In this document: in pieces, positions 13,658 to 26,830 of the stretch
How positions within the stretch are numbered: position 1 is the stretch's first letter
How the letters are laid out: each line of letters begins with the position of its first letter
Origin: Chiloscyllium plagiosum
Lineage: Eukaryota
Assembly: GCF_004010195.1 (NCBI RefSeq)
Contig: NC_057718.1
Coordinates: forward strand, 49,563,239-49,627,238
Direction of reading: 5' to 3'
DNA length: 64,000 bases
The notes under the pieces: model-generated
Databases searched by the model: none
What the model saw: only the letters and a program-made list of their open reading frames with translations
What the model was told of the DNA's origin: nothing
Position numbers and translations under genes: made by a program

Positions 13658-13965
13658 GGGCGGCACGGTGGCACGGTGGCACAGTGGTTAGCACTGCTGC
13701 CTCACAGCGCCAGAGACCCGGGTTCAATTCCCGACTCAGGCGACTGACTGTGTGGAGTTCGCACATTCTCCCCGTGTCTGCGTGGGTTTCCTCCGGGTTC
13801 CTCCCACAGTTACAAAGATGTGCGGGTCAGGTGAATTGGCCATGCTAAATTGCCCGTAGTGTTAGGTTAAAGGGGTAAATGTAGGGGTATGGGTGGGTTG
13901 CGCTTCGGCGGGTCGGTGTGGACTTGTTGGGCCAAAGGGCCTGTTTCCACACTGTAAGTAATCTA
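13658..13965 (+). mobile_element. HE1-type V-SINE (tRNA-derived)
   Basis: A-box (TGGCACAGTGG), B-box (GGTTCAATTCC), V-domain-like TGTGTGGAGTTCGCACATTCTCCCCGTGTCTGCGTGGGTTTCCTCCGGG, and a CR1/HER1-like 3' end GGGCCAAAGGGCCTGTTTCC. CpGs are retained, so the copy is young. Confidence 0.93.
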
Positions 13966-15969
13966 CTTTAAAAGTAAGCCAGAGTGGATACCTGGCAGTG
14001 ACAGCTCGCTGACTGCCTGTACCAGCCATCATACAACTATTTAGTTAGAACAATGTCACTGCATCTTCCATCGCCATTATCTTTCTTGATCCTTCCTCCA
14101 TACAAATTGGTATCGTCAAACCACCAACCTCACCATATTATTATGTATGCCCTTTCTCAGATCAACCCATACATCAGCTGTTCAACTCTTTACTTTGGTG
14201 ATGTTGATGATTTACATCCTTATGATAGGTCATCTTGGACACAGGGAACACAAACACATCTACACAGGATACATCTCATGTCTCTTGGCTTTCTTTCTTT
14301 GTGATCAATCACTTTTCCTTGAAGCTGCCAACTTATGTATACTTCGCACCGCTTTCTTGGCACACACTTACTGGCTTTGGCACTGACATACAGGATGCCA
14401 GCCTCTGCATTGGGTCACATTGCTTTCCATAGTGCACATAGTCTTCAATGCTCAGTTTCAGGCTGCCAGGCCCTGTGGCTTGCATTGCATGTTTAGCTCA
14501 GGCAGCTTGAGATGATAGTGGGGAACCATAAACAGTCAATATGTCAGCCAGGTGGAAAAGTGGGAAGAGATATGTCGGCAGAACCATGTTACATCAATAT
14601 CAGACCTAGAGCATGTGCCAGCAGTTTATGTAGCAAAGACGCACATGAGCTTTAAGCAAATAGCAATGTGTGAAAGTCAAAGGGAATCAGTCTTTATATA
14701 GGTAAAGGGAAATTACAGTCAGTCTGAGGGCACAGTCACAGAGACTGATCCTATTCCATCCCAGGGGCTTGACCATGGTCAATCCTGCATGGAAAACAGG
14801 TAGGTCAGTCCAGGCACTGTTAAAATACCAAGCTGAAGGATGGCCTGTGGTCATAGGGGGCCATCCTACCGGTTCAGTTCAGGTTATCAAATGAGCTCAG
14901 TCTGGGGATTTTGTTCAATTTTGATCAGGAGGCATTCATTATGCCTTGGAGAAAGAAGTTTGGGGATGAGCTTCATTACACTGCATCACTGAAGGAATGA
15001 TGACATTGTTAGAGGGCAACCTTAGATAGATGGGTGGCAGCTTATAGCAAAACAGAAGGGACTTAAGAGTTACGGGAATCAGGGTTTAAATAGGTCATGA
15101 TAACTCAGGCCACTGCATGGGTGGGGGGTGTTGGGGAGAGGGGAAGGGGGGTGGGCGGCCAGCAGTGTAGAGTCAACCATTGAATAGGAATTTCCAATCT
15201 CTTGGGCCTAGGGTAAATAGTTATATAAAAGGATTCAATGGGAATGTTGGGAAGGCTGAAAGGTCATAGGGCAACAAGGACAGTAACACAAAACAGGGCA
15301 TAAAGGCTAGGGGACAGCTTGTGTATCACAGACAAGGCCTGTAAGTTAGTCTCACTGAAATGAGGTTGGAAACTTAGATGCTGGATTGAAAGTCAATGGT
15401 GCAATAACTACACGAGATAGCTGACATCATACACAAAAGTGGAGTTGGTAAATTACTTTATGTGTTTTGGGGATGGGTTGGAACCTTTGGAATGGGCAAT
15501 CCTGCTGGAGGCAATATTAATGAATCATTCTTCTCCTGACTAAATAACATAATTCATCTGGTCTCAAAGAGCGCTTCATCAGCTGGATATGCATCATCCA
15601 AGGTAATAGATTTAAAAATATGATCTCAAGCTATCATGACAATTACAATGTGTGTCCAACTCTTAAGAGAACAAGGCACTAAAAAATGGAACCCGAAATT
15701 CCAATCTCACAACTCCATTCCACAACAAGCATTGGAAGACAATATTTTGCAGCTGCCAGATTCACACCTCGAACTGTAAATATGCAAGGGCATAGGTGGT
15801 AATGTGAGAGGGAGGTAGATGTGCTATTATTGTGTCCTAATGGCAGAATTCAAATCTGAGTGTTGCATGAAAACTTTGGTTCTGTAATGTTCATTGAGTA
15901 AGGTCACTTATTTCATAGCTTCTTATGGAGACAATACAATTGTCACCTTGGGAAGACATCATGCCAAAT

Positions 15970-16254
15970 GGGGTGGCATGGTGGCTCAGTGGTTAGCACT
16001 GATGCCTCACAGCACCAGGGTCCCAGGTTCAATTCCAGCCTCCAGCGACTGTCTGTGCGGGTTTCCTCCGGGTGCTTTGGTTTCCTCCCACAGTCCAAAG
16101 ATGTGCAGGTCAGGTGGATTGGCCATGCTAAATTTCCCGTAGTGTTAGGTGCATTAGTCAGGGGGAAATGGGTCTGGGTGTGTTCCTCTTCGAAGGGTCG
16201 GTGTGGACTTGTTGGGCTGAAGGGCCGTTTCCACACTGTAGGGAATTTAATCTA
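15970..16254 (+). mobile_element. HE1-type V-SINE
   Basis: Same A/B boxes, body and 3' tail as 13658, with a short internal deletion in the V-domain. Confidence 0.9.
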
Positions 16255-16806
16255 AACTAGTAAGAAGAAGCTTCACCATTATGGATGGGAGGACTCAAGA
16301 GTTCTTTCAATAAAATTGCATAATCTCTTTGACATTCCCCACAGGTTATCTGCTCAAGGATCTCACATGGAGAATGCCACTGCAGCTTTGATTCGCAGCA
16401 AAGATAATCAAGAAGCAGACAACAGTTACAACTCTGCTCGCAAGCTCACAAGATCATCAACCTCTAGAGGGTGCCACACAGCTCTAGAGGGAGAGGTGTT
16501 AAATGAAGCTCTGTGCTGACCAGCCTGTGAGACAACTCTGCTAAATGTAACTCTAAACCAAGATGGCATTAATGGGGACTTTGCAGGATCAATTAGGGCT
16601 GGGTTTGCCATTGTCAGTTTTGAAATCTTGGTCAGTGCTAAGTGCTTCATTCCATTGTTGAAGCCAGATCATGTATGTTCTTTCCCTGAAGGTCACATAG
16701 ACCAGAAAGTTGGGAGGGAGTTGCCCAATGTCCAATGTTCAATGTGCAATAAAGAGGTATTTGAAGAATTACATCGTTTGTGAAAAATATCTGAGAGATA
16801 AATATA

Positions 16807-17096
16807 TTAGATTTCCTACAGTGTGGAAACAGGCCCTTCGGTCCAACAAGTCTACACCAACCCTCCGAAGAGTAACACACACAGACCCGTTTCCCTCTGA
16901 TTAATGCACCTAACACTACAGACAATTTAGCATGGTCAATTCACCTGACCTGCACATCTTTGGACTGGGGGAGGAAACCCACACAGACATGGAGAGAATG
17001 TGCAAACTCCACACAGACAGTCACCCATGGCTGGAATTGAACCCAGGTCCCTGGTGCTGTGAGGCAGCAGTGCTAACCACCGTGCCACCATGGCAC
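16807..17096 (-). mobile_element. HE1-type V-SINE
   Basis: Reverse complement of the 13658/15970 family. Confidence 0.9.
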
Positions 17097-19237
17097 AGGA
17101 TCCTCCAGCAGAGAAATGACCCACAGAGCAGAACAAGGGTCAACTAGTCCTCAGGCCAGATACTCACCATTCTTTCAAATCAATTCAGTATGTATTCTGA
17201 GGAAAGTGTGAAATATCCACCACTGTCCATTTGTAAAGTCAGGGACTTGGGAGATTGAGGTAATGGTAAAAACAATAGAGTTATATACATGACTGGATAA
17301 TGAGTTAACTCTGGGAAAAAGTGCTGATGGGAGGCATGTTGTATGAGTAAATGCTTCTGAAGGCATTAATGTACATATAACATTGACTTCACCCATTCTC
17401 AGATTTCACATGTAGTCTCTGGATAGAGATGAGGAGTTCAACTTTCGTATTTGGAAGGAGCAGATGCATTAGTTCCTGCTCCCAATGGTCCGAGCTATTA
17501 TGCTTGACTAAATATAGTTGTACTTATCTAATAACCAATGAACCTTCTTGCTACTTAAAAACAGTGCCTCTGTTGTACATACTCTATGTTGGTGCATCAT
17601 CCAACACAAATCACTGGATAGATCCAAGGTAAGGCAACAACAAAGAAAGAATGATGGCAGTGATCTACCTCAAACATCCCTTACTCAGCATCATTAGCTG
17701 GTAGAGGCAGCATGTACATTATTGTACCATAAGTACCACCATTGCCAATAAACCTTTTTTTTTTAATTTGAAGAAATTCAAACTATTTTCTAAACTAATA
17801 TATGGAAGTTCAGAATGAGATGTAAGGCCATTTGGACTACTTAATATGTTTTCTCTTCTCCACAGCCACTCTATTATGATTGGTGCACAGGTCATTCAGT
17901 TTCCTGAAGAAAGCTTCAACATATTTTCCTCTACCACTTAAGATAAAGGCCAATATAAAATAATCACAAATTATCTTCCAAACATAAACACAGCATTATT
18001 TAGTTTGACTGTAATTGAATTTGACCTTAAGTTTGCTTCTTATATTTGTTTTGATGTTCCCTGGAACTAAGCTAGATTGACATAGAGTTTGCTTTTCTTT
18101 TTCCTGTGTTTCAAGTGCAATTGGTTACTAGGCATGCTAATCTAGCTGTGAAATGGCCTATTTTCAATCTGCACAAGTGCTGGGCTGGTCCAACTTAAGA
18201 TTCTCTGTAGTTCTGTCTCTCCACCAAGTCTAGGTAAAGAAAAATAGTTTTGTTGCAGTTTTAACATGGGAAAGCAGGTCACTGGGACTAACTAAAAATT
18301 TTCCCAACAGCTGCCACAAACACAATGCAAAGAAGAACAATCTCCTTTATTGCATGATTCGATGACAAAATCCATTTTGTGGAGTCAGGCAGAGCAGGCA
18401 TGTTTTACAATTAAGAGGCTGACAAAGTTGATGTTTTGAGAGTGTGTCTTTAATTAAAATGAAGGTGGCAATGTGACCTGTTCTGAAGTTTTCCTGACAG
18501 TAAGTCTGAGTAGTTTGATTGTTCAAGTTTAACAGAGGCCCAGATTGTTTAACTGGGAAGATGGTGCAACATGTTTATACCTAGAAACAACAGCAGCAGC
18601 CTGTGTGTAAACAAGCTCTGAAGTCCGAGAGAAAGTGCAGTTCAGAAACAATTGTGCTTTTAACTTTCTATTTACTTCCAAGATAGATGTGAATTGGGGT
18701 CTCACTGATAGAAATCTGCATCTCTGGCTGGATCTCAAGCCCAGGTGATTCATATTGCCATAGAGATGGGTTGAGGGGGTAAGAGTTTCTAGAATATCCC
18801 TGAAACTCAAAGGGGAGGGAGTTTCCCAAGGCCCAGGACAGAGTTAGAAAGCAGTTACAGGTCAAACTTTATGTGGCTCACCATGCAGCAATATTGAAAG
18901 CATTCTGCATCGAAAAGATCAAATGAGTTTGGAAGATTTGTTTAGCTTTAGCTAAAGGGATAATTCTCTAAGGAACATTGTATTGTGAAAGACAATCTTT
19001 TAATTAAAAGTTCCCATGCTGAGAAAGGAAAAGATAGGAAGTAAATTCTCCGGAGTTAAATTTGGACAGGTTGTGAGAGAACTCAATACCAACCTAAAGG
19101 ACAGTGTAAATATACCAAATAGTGCTGTTTGTTTTGGTTTGTTAAAAATTCTGTTCTATAACTTAAAGTATAAATTGCCTATATAAATAGTTTTTAGTCA
19201 ATAGTGCTTTTATACTATATGTTACAATAAATGTCTT

Positions 19238-19429
19238 ACAACACCAGGTTATAGTCCAACAGGTTTAATTGGAAGCGCACTAGCTTTCGGAGCGTCAATC
19301 CTTCATCAGATGCCTGATAAAGGAGCGGCGCTCTGAAAACTAGTGTGCTTCCAATTAAACCTGTTGGACTATAACCTGGTGTTGTGTGATTTTTAACTTG
19401 TACTCCTCAATCCAACACCGGCCTCTCCA
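19238..19429 (+). mobile_element. Non-coding fold-back Penelope-like mini-element (family B)
   Basis: 72-bp inverted arms (19238-19309 and 19314-19385) around a 4-nt loop, then a 44-nt unpaired tail. 12-bp TSD AATAAATGTCTT at 19226-19237 and 19430-19441. Hammerhead motifs sit at the inner end of each arm. Confidence 0.82.
19281..19309 (-). ncRNA. Minimal hammerhead ribozyme motif (CUGAUGA core; stem II partly mutated)
   Basis: Minus strand reads CTGATGA-A-GGATTGACGCTCC-GAAA-GCTA. The mirror copy 19314-19342 reads CTGATAA-A-GGAGCGGCGCTCT-GAAA-ACTA. Together they give stem II GGAGC/GCTCC and a palindromic stem III AGCT. Confidence 0.7.
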
Positions 19430-22388
19430 AATAAATGTCTTGGATTCTGAGATTTTGTTGAGTTTTCTGTTCAGCTATTAACTGGAATTTTTTAAAAGGT
19501 TTTGGCATCAAACCAGTATTTTTCTGAATTTATCCTCTCCTCTCCATAATCAGCTGTAATCCCCACCCCGGGACTTCCTTAGAACTGTTAATAGTGAAAC
19601 AGTCAGCCTGAAAGGGGTGGGGTTTGCCTTTATTCCAGTGATCTTAATATAAAGAGTAGATCAGTGGTGGCAGTCAATCAAAGTATGTTAATGAGAATGA
19701 AGAATTAATTTCAATCAATCCTTGGAATACCTAGGCCAAGTGCATGTGATTCATATTGTGCTGAATTTGCACCCAAACGTGTCAATATTGCAGGCTAAAT
19801 TGGATTCTTCAAGCTTTAACATCTATCAGAATGATTGGTACCCATTAATCTCAGCTGTCAAATTCATAATATATGTTCCCAGTAAACAAACACCTATATC
19901 AGAATTGTGCATTTAGATGGTCCTGATCATCTTAGAACAAAGGTTACATGAAGATTGTATGTATCATGTTGCTTTGATGTACAATATGAAAGTTTGACTT
20001 TAATCCACTGGGTCATATTGCAACTGTGAAGAGCCTTGTAAATGCAGATGAGCAATGTGAATACAGATGAATTAGCCTATGTACTATAGCAGCATAGATA
20101 ATCGTAACATTAACTAGGTCATGTCATTGAGAACACCACTGCAGTACAAGAGCTCCTAATGAGACTACTGTTGGCAGTGACCATGAATTGGATATGAGCA
20201 AATTAAAGATAAATCACTTACAACTCCGTAATGAACCATAATCAACCAATTCACTTCAAGGTTAAGAATGTTAGAACAGATTCTGCTCTCTCACTTGGGA
20301 TATCTCCCTGACTTTCTCATTCATGCACCAGCACTAATAGCTCTTTCTGTTAGGCCATTGGATGATGGATGCTATGGAGCTGATCTTATATTCAACGTTA
20401 GGAAATAAGCAAACTGCCTGCTGGTAAATGATGACCCATTATCTGTGATTAGTACTGCCAGGAGTCCATGTATTGCAAAAGATGTGCACAGTTTTTCTAT
20501 CGGTGTCCCCAAGTTTGACAAATAAACTCAAAGCACATCCAACCGCTGACGAGCATCCACAGTCACTAAGAACATTGAGCCTATGAAAGGCCCTGCATTG
20601 TTGACATGTAATCGAGCCGAGGGTTTACTAGCCATTCCCACAAAATACAGGGGAGCAGTTGATGTAATTTTTATCTCTGTTGGCTGTTTCAGTTTTGCCA
20701 TGATTGGATCTTTCTGTATCCAAAGTCTGATATTGTCAGGTGTGACTGGGAGTGTGTCCAGAAAATTTAAAGCCATTGCAGACTCTTCCAGGGATGGTAC
20801 CATCAGTAGTCTATAGGCCTGAAGCTATGAGTGGCACTGCCTTGTCCTCTTTAAGAAGACCCAGCAGGGGTTTGTGTTCTATTATTAATATAAATCTACA
20901 TCTGTAAAGTTATTAGTGGAACTTCCTGACTCCCAATATGACCTCCAAACATTCTTTCTTTTATTGGGCATCTGCATTAGCCGAAGTCCTGGATGCATAC
21001 ACTATTAGGCATTCCATTCCATTGGGCCACGTATGAGCTAATAATATCACACTGCCATACAGGGAGGCACTGTATGTCAATACCAGCGCTCACTTGGGAT
21101 CATAATGCCAACTCCTTAGGGGATGATAGCTGTTTCTTCACTTCCCTGAAAGTGATGGCTTGCCCTTGCAGTTATTTCCAAGGTTGACCCTTTTTAAAGG
21201 TGTTGATGTAATGGCACCAGAATTGATGCTGGAATGTATGAACTTTACAAAATACTTCACCAGTTCAAGGAAAGACCTTAACCCCAGCATAGATGTGGGA
21301 GCCAGGACATTATTGATCAACTTCACTTTATCTTCCAATGGGTGCAACCCGGTCTTGTCAACCTGTAACCTAAACAGGTTGCTTGAGGTGGCTGGAACAC
21401 ACATTTTTCCCTTCTAGAGGTATATTTGCCTGGGAGAAACATTGACAGTCTATGTCCAAGTTCTCTGAGTGCTCCTTATTGGTCTTCCCTGTTATTAGCA
21501 TGTTATCTAGATAATAGTGACCTGGGGTAGACTTTGTAATATGTTCTTCATCAACCGCTGAAAAATGACACGGGCTGACGATACCCCAAATGGCAGTCTC
21601 GTATATTGGTACAAACCTTTATGGGTATCACTTGTAGCATACTTCTGAGAATCCTCACTTAACCATAGCTGCAAGTATGGCTCATGTTCAGCTTCAGGAA
21701 GGACAGCAGCCATGCCAGCTTTGCATATAAATCCTGTATGTGAAGTATTAGGTATTTATCCAGCTGCGAAAAGTAGTTCACTGTTTGTTTAAAATCTCCA
21801 CAAAGGCAAACTGACCCATCAAGGGTCACACTTGGTACGACTGGGGATGCTCGCTTTGCAAACTGTACTGGTTTGATGCTTCCTTAGTTTTCTAACCTCC
21901 TGATTTCTGCCTCTACTTTTTCTCATAAGGCAAATCACACTGGGTGGGTCTTTCAGAGTCATAGGATTGCTTCCTGGTCAACATGAACGCGACCTTGGTT
22001 CCTTTGATAGTCTGTAAACCTTCCTGAGAAACCTCCAGATATTTACTTAGAACTTCACTCAGGCAGCCATTTTCTAATCGAAAAATGTTGAACTGATATC
22101 AGTGATTTTGCCCCATCAAGCTTTGGCTCGAGCATTTTACTACAATCAATGGTAACTGAACCAACTGCTTCTCATGAGAGACCAGGATCAAAGTTGTACC
22201 CGTACTCTGTAAAGGTTCCCCAGTATCGGTTCAGTCTAACCAAGGTCTTGCTCAAACTTAAGGGTTGGTATCCAGAGTGAATTTTGTTAAAGACTGGTCT
22301 GCGATCACTGAAACAGCTGCTTACTCCAACTCAAAGATGACTGTTTTGAGTGAATTTCTTCACAAGCTTACATTTCTCCTGCCCCCAC

Positions 22389-22788
22389 TGAAGTAACTCC
22401 AGAGAAGCTGTATACCATCACCAAGGCATTCTTCATTTACACACAGAGAATCCTTGACACTGATCCAGCTCCCTCAGGGTTAGCTCTCAGAATAAACAGG
22501 ATGTCTGACACTCCTGTTCTTTTTTTTTACCTTTTTTTCTTTTTTTTGTGCAGGTGAGAGACACAGTGAAAGCCACAAGGTTTACAAATCTTTATTCAAT
22601 TTCCACCACCAGGAAGAACGGAAACACCCAAGTGGCCAGTGACAAGCAGTGCCTTCACATCAATGCTGCGTGATCACCCTCCTGTTCATATCTGACTGGC
22701 AGGGCTCCCTGATTGGACCAGGTTAATAGCCGCAATCAGGGAACTAATATTCTATAATGTCTACCTGGCTGTCCTCATGACAATCACT
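22389..22788 (-). repeat. 5' LTR of the minus-strand Gypsy, interrupted by a retroposed insert
   Basis: Ends ...TTACTTCA on minus at 22389, followed by a PBS-like GTGGGGGCAGG. The outer TG end is not preserved. The two halves rejoin across the 22520-22678 insert. Confidence 0.65.
22520..22678 (-). mobile_element. Short polyadenylated retroposed insertion (probably the 3' end of an L1/Tx1-type element)
   Basis: T-rich tract 22520-22547 (poly-A on minus), AATAAA on minus near 22590, and an exact 9-bp TSD CTCCTGTTC at 22511-22519 and 22679-22687. Confidence 0.75.
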
Positions 22789-25634
22789 TTCGTGAGAAGA
22801 TTACTGATTACAAAATGGTGGCATGTTGACATTCATACTACTCTAAAAAGAGAATATCGTTCAGCTTGTCAGAGATGATCAAGACTGCTCATGTCTGGAT
22901 GTCAAGACCTTTATGTTAAGGCACCAAGTAAGTTCCTTTATGCTGTCCAACTCCCACAACTATCTGCATATTCCTAACATGCTCAAACTGCAACCTATGT
23001 TGCAACTACTTCCATCTGCTCTATTATGGAGGCACCAGTGGCATTCCCAAAACCTTCACCCACAAGAGACTAGCCCTCTAGACATCAGCTCCTACTCCAT
23101 CACTGAGGAAGAAAGCACAAATCCAGAATATGGAATGACAAGGCCATTTTCTGAGCCCTCCATCAGCTCAGATACTTTCACCTCAATGAGTACCACAACT
23201 CGATTTGGCACAGGAGCACATCACTGACACATGTCTGCAGCTGGTAGAGGAAGCAATGCCCTATGTCATTGGCATTCAGTGCACTGCCCGAAACCAGGTC
23301 TCTGCTAAGACCCAGGCAGAAGAAAACCGCATGTTGTCAGTGATTATTAACTGTGAAAATGCACAAATAGACATGGGTGCAGTAGGCAAGTATGTTGGAG
23401 ACATTTTGTAAACTGAATCAAAGGTTGGAGGAGACTGTCTGCTCTCTGTGAGTGTGGCAGCAGCCTTTTCTTATTAATTTTGCATGATTAGGATTTGGTG
23501 GAGGGTGACACACTCTCCACGTCATGCTCCTGAGAATGAGCTCCAGGTGCTGCCTGAAAGTCAAACCTGCCAACACCCCCACCATGCATTCATTTGAGTA
23601 GCTGTCCCTAACAACCCTTTCAGTTTCCAGGCTCCACATATTCCCATAGACCTCTTTCCCTGAGCCATTCAAATTGCCTATTTTCTCTCACCTAGGCAAA
23701 GCCATATCCACTATCAATCTATCATAGCCCATCCTGATATTTTATGATGTGGTGAGGCTGATGTTTCACTGATACCAATTTCCATGGAGAGAAAGCGAGG
23801 GAATCACCATGAGATGCTGAAAATGAAGGATAACATGCAGTCCCAGAAAAGGCAAATATGTGCACAGAAATAGAGTCCTAAAAACATAACAGCAAAACTG
23901 TCATCTAGCCATTGAAACTTTAAGGAGAAAATTGAATTATCCTCAATGTTCACACACACACACACATACACAGATAAGCAGGTTAAAACTGTGGCCAGAT
24001 TTGTTTAATCAACAGCAGAACATCTGTTTTGTTACACAATACCTGTACAAAGAAATCTGGGCTCTGAAAATAAAAGTAACCAACAAGGAACGGAATGTGT
24101 TTGTATCAATGAGAATGCTGCACAACAGGAGAAAATATGAATTATATTTGATGTGGCTTTGCTGATTACATTAATTGGATTGCAATTAAACAAGTAAACA
24201 TCATGAGACATTGTATAAATTCTTTAATGATCATTAATAAATTCTTTATAATGATCCTACTGTCCTTCTGCAAGAATTTGGATTTTGGCTGTTGAATCTT
24301 CCAGTTTATATTCAATTTCATCTGGTGTAATATAGTAAGGGAAATGTTTGGGTGTTCAGACCTGTGTAACAGCCAGACTTCCATGAAGTTTCAAATCTTT
24401 ATGCCAGAAAGCTCATGACAGAGAAGGAAGTTACTGAATACCTAAAATTAACACTATAGATTAAAATATTCTATTTACCAATCCAGGTCCAGATAATGCT
24501 GTTGTCTGCTGTTATATTTATGAAAATAAAATTCCATTGTTTGCCTCACTGAAAACCATTGAACAGTACGGTTGCCATAATAGGCTATGAGTTTTGGATT
24601 TGGGAGCCACTGGGGACTGGGCCCAAATTATGTGCAGTTCTATACTAGCTTTCTGGAGTGTAATTTTTGTTGAAACTTCTGCTCAAACTTATTTGTATAC
24701 CCCTGAATTTAAAATATTCAATGAATTAGCACAATCAGGTTGCACTTTCAAATGTAATTTTAAACAAAATGGATTGTAAAATATCCTTGACATATTTAAG
24801 AATGGTGACCCAATGTGGCTTAAAATGGTCTCAGAGAAAATAAAAATGTTTAATCAGAGTTTTTAAATCTCCACCTATGAATAACTTGATGTTAAATAGT
24901 TACAGATGAGTTAGGAAAATTGTGTAGAGCAATTTATTGTTAACATTTGTGTATATAATTCAGTTTTTTTGGAAACTCTTATTAAAACTGGCTTTAATCA
25001 CTTCTTGGTACCCGAATAAAACCTAGGTAGGACAACTAAACAATACTTATGCTGAAGAAATTTTCCTAACTCAGAGCTTGAACACTGACAAACTTTATTG
25101 CATAATGTCATGGGGAGCACACCGTTCCTTAGAATGGTCCATGCCTCTCCCGACTCCCGGCTGCCGCAGATTTATAGAGTTTAACAAATGCCAAGCTGAC
25201 AGTTTTTCAATGAGACACAGAACCACAAGATAGTCACTGGATGATCTACATGGGCATACACCAGGCAGAGTCTGAGACTATACATAATGAGTTACTGCTC
25301 TCAGACCTTGAGTCCATGCACACTCAAGATACTATATTCGCCCGTTGGTCTTGATAAGGTGGGTATAGAAAGAATATTTCCTCTTGTGGGTAATCCAGGC
25401 ATTATGGCTGAGTTGCACTTCCTAAACAGTTCATGAGTTGGGTAGGAAAAGCAGAAGTTATGTGGTTGTTACAGAATGTTCTAGCAGGCTAGGGTCACCC
25501 AGGGCAAGGGACCAAGCCAGGCGAGAGCAACACTGTGACTGACCAAAATCTCTGCAGCAAAAACAGCTTCCACACTTAAGTAATTTGTTAGTTTTTTTTC
25601 AAAGAGTGACACGTACTGCAGTTAAAGGGAAGTT

Positions 25635-26830
25635 TGGATTCCCAGAAGGCATTTGACAAGTTTCATTCTAAAAGGTCATTGTAAAGGTGATTGCACAAGG
25701 TAGGAGTTCATGAAATTGGGGGTAACATGCTACAGTTCTGGAAAAGAGGCATACAGATGCTGCCAGACTTGATGAGTTTCTCCAGCATTTTCTATGTATC
25801 TTTCCAGTTATGTACAATCCTGGATAGAGGATTGATTGGCAGAAGAATACATATATAGATGTTTTTCAGATTTACAGAATGAGATAGGTGAAATCTCAAC
25901 TTTTTAAAATTTCTATAAATAACTTTGAGTAGAGTGAAGGCGTGGTTGCTAATTTTGCAAATGATGAAAAGACAGATCCAAATGCATGTTGATAAGGGCA
26001 CTTAGGGAGGTTACAAACAAATATAGTTGGATGGCAAGTTTAGGCAAAAATCTGGCATATGGAATATGATATGAGAAAATGTGAAGCAATTAATAACAAA
26101 AAGCAAAGTATCACTCAAACAGGGTGACTGCAAGGTGAAGAGGGTATAAATGTTCCCGTGCATGAAACATAAATTAATTAGTATTCAGGTACGCCAAGTA
26201 ATTAGTAAAGCAAATGGAATGTTATCTTTCATTATGAGAGGAACTGAATATTAAAATAAGAATGTTATGCTCGAACTTCAGCTTCGGTGAGACCTCAGCT
26301 TGAATACTATTTGCAGCTTGGTCTCCTTATTTAATGAAAGACTCAAATATGTTGTAGGTGGTTCAACTTAGGTTTGTTAGATTGAAATCTGGAATGGGTT
26401 GATATGAGGAAAGGTTGAACAGGGTGGGATTAATTCCTCTGGAGTTGAGAAGGGTGATTGATTATTTGATTTAAGCGCATAACATCCCAAATGGTCTTGA
26501 CAATGTGGGTGTACAAAGGATATTTCCTCTTATGGGTGAGTCCAGGCAGTTTAAAGGTCAGGGGTTACCTTGTAGCTCAGAGATAAAGGAATTTTTTTCC
26601 TCAGAAAAACTACAATTTTAAAACTTTACCTCAGGAGGTGGCAGAGGAGGAGTCATTTTTAAGAGAAAGGTAATTGAATTCTAGTTAAATCACGGAATCA
26701 ATGGTCATTGGGGGTAGATGAGAATGTAAAATTCAAACCACAAGCTGACCAATTGAATGGCTAGGCAGGTTTGAGGAGCCACATGTCCTACTTTTGCATC
26801 AAATTTATATGTTCATATTTATGTTCATAT
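25635..26830 (+). mobile_element. Old CR1-clade LINE
   Basis: LDSQKAFDK-like TTGGATTCCCAGAAGGCATTTGACAAG, ANFANDEK (FADDTK relic), W-HMEY-MRKCE, and CR1-like 3' end AATTGAATGG...CCTACT with a (TTATATGTTCAT) tail. A PLE-end-like relic sits at ~25750-25820. Confidence 0.75.

Larger units (their letters stand above)
20270..22788 (-). mobile_element. Decayed Ty3/Gypsy LTR retrotransposon (5' LTR, gag largely deleted, PR-RT-RH-IN, 3' end missing)
   Basis: Minus-strand motifs in canonical order: protease-like AAVSVI (~22310), RT LYQYTRLPFGVSSA (ORF 21507..21713), LRSFLELVKYF, integrase RLHVNNAGPF..FLVTVDA (ORF 20528..20803) and HPSSNGLTERA (~20340-20370). Confidence 0.88.

Noticed and set aside
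13658..13740. tRNA genes at SINE heads (also 15970, 17040, 28335, 52332)
   Set aside because: The A/B boxes continue into SINE bodies and LINE-derived tails, and no complete cloverleaf is evident.
18378..19560. Possible solo LTR surrounding the 19238 element
   Set aside because: It has LTR-like composition and an AATAAA, but I could not find matching TG..CA ends or a TSD.
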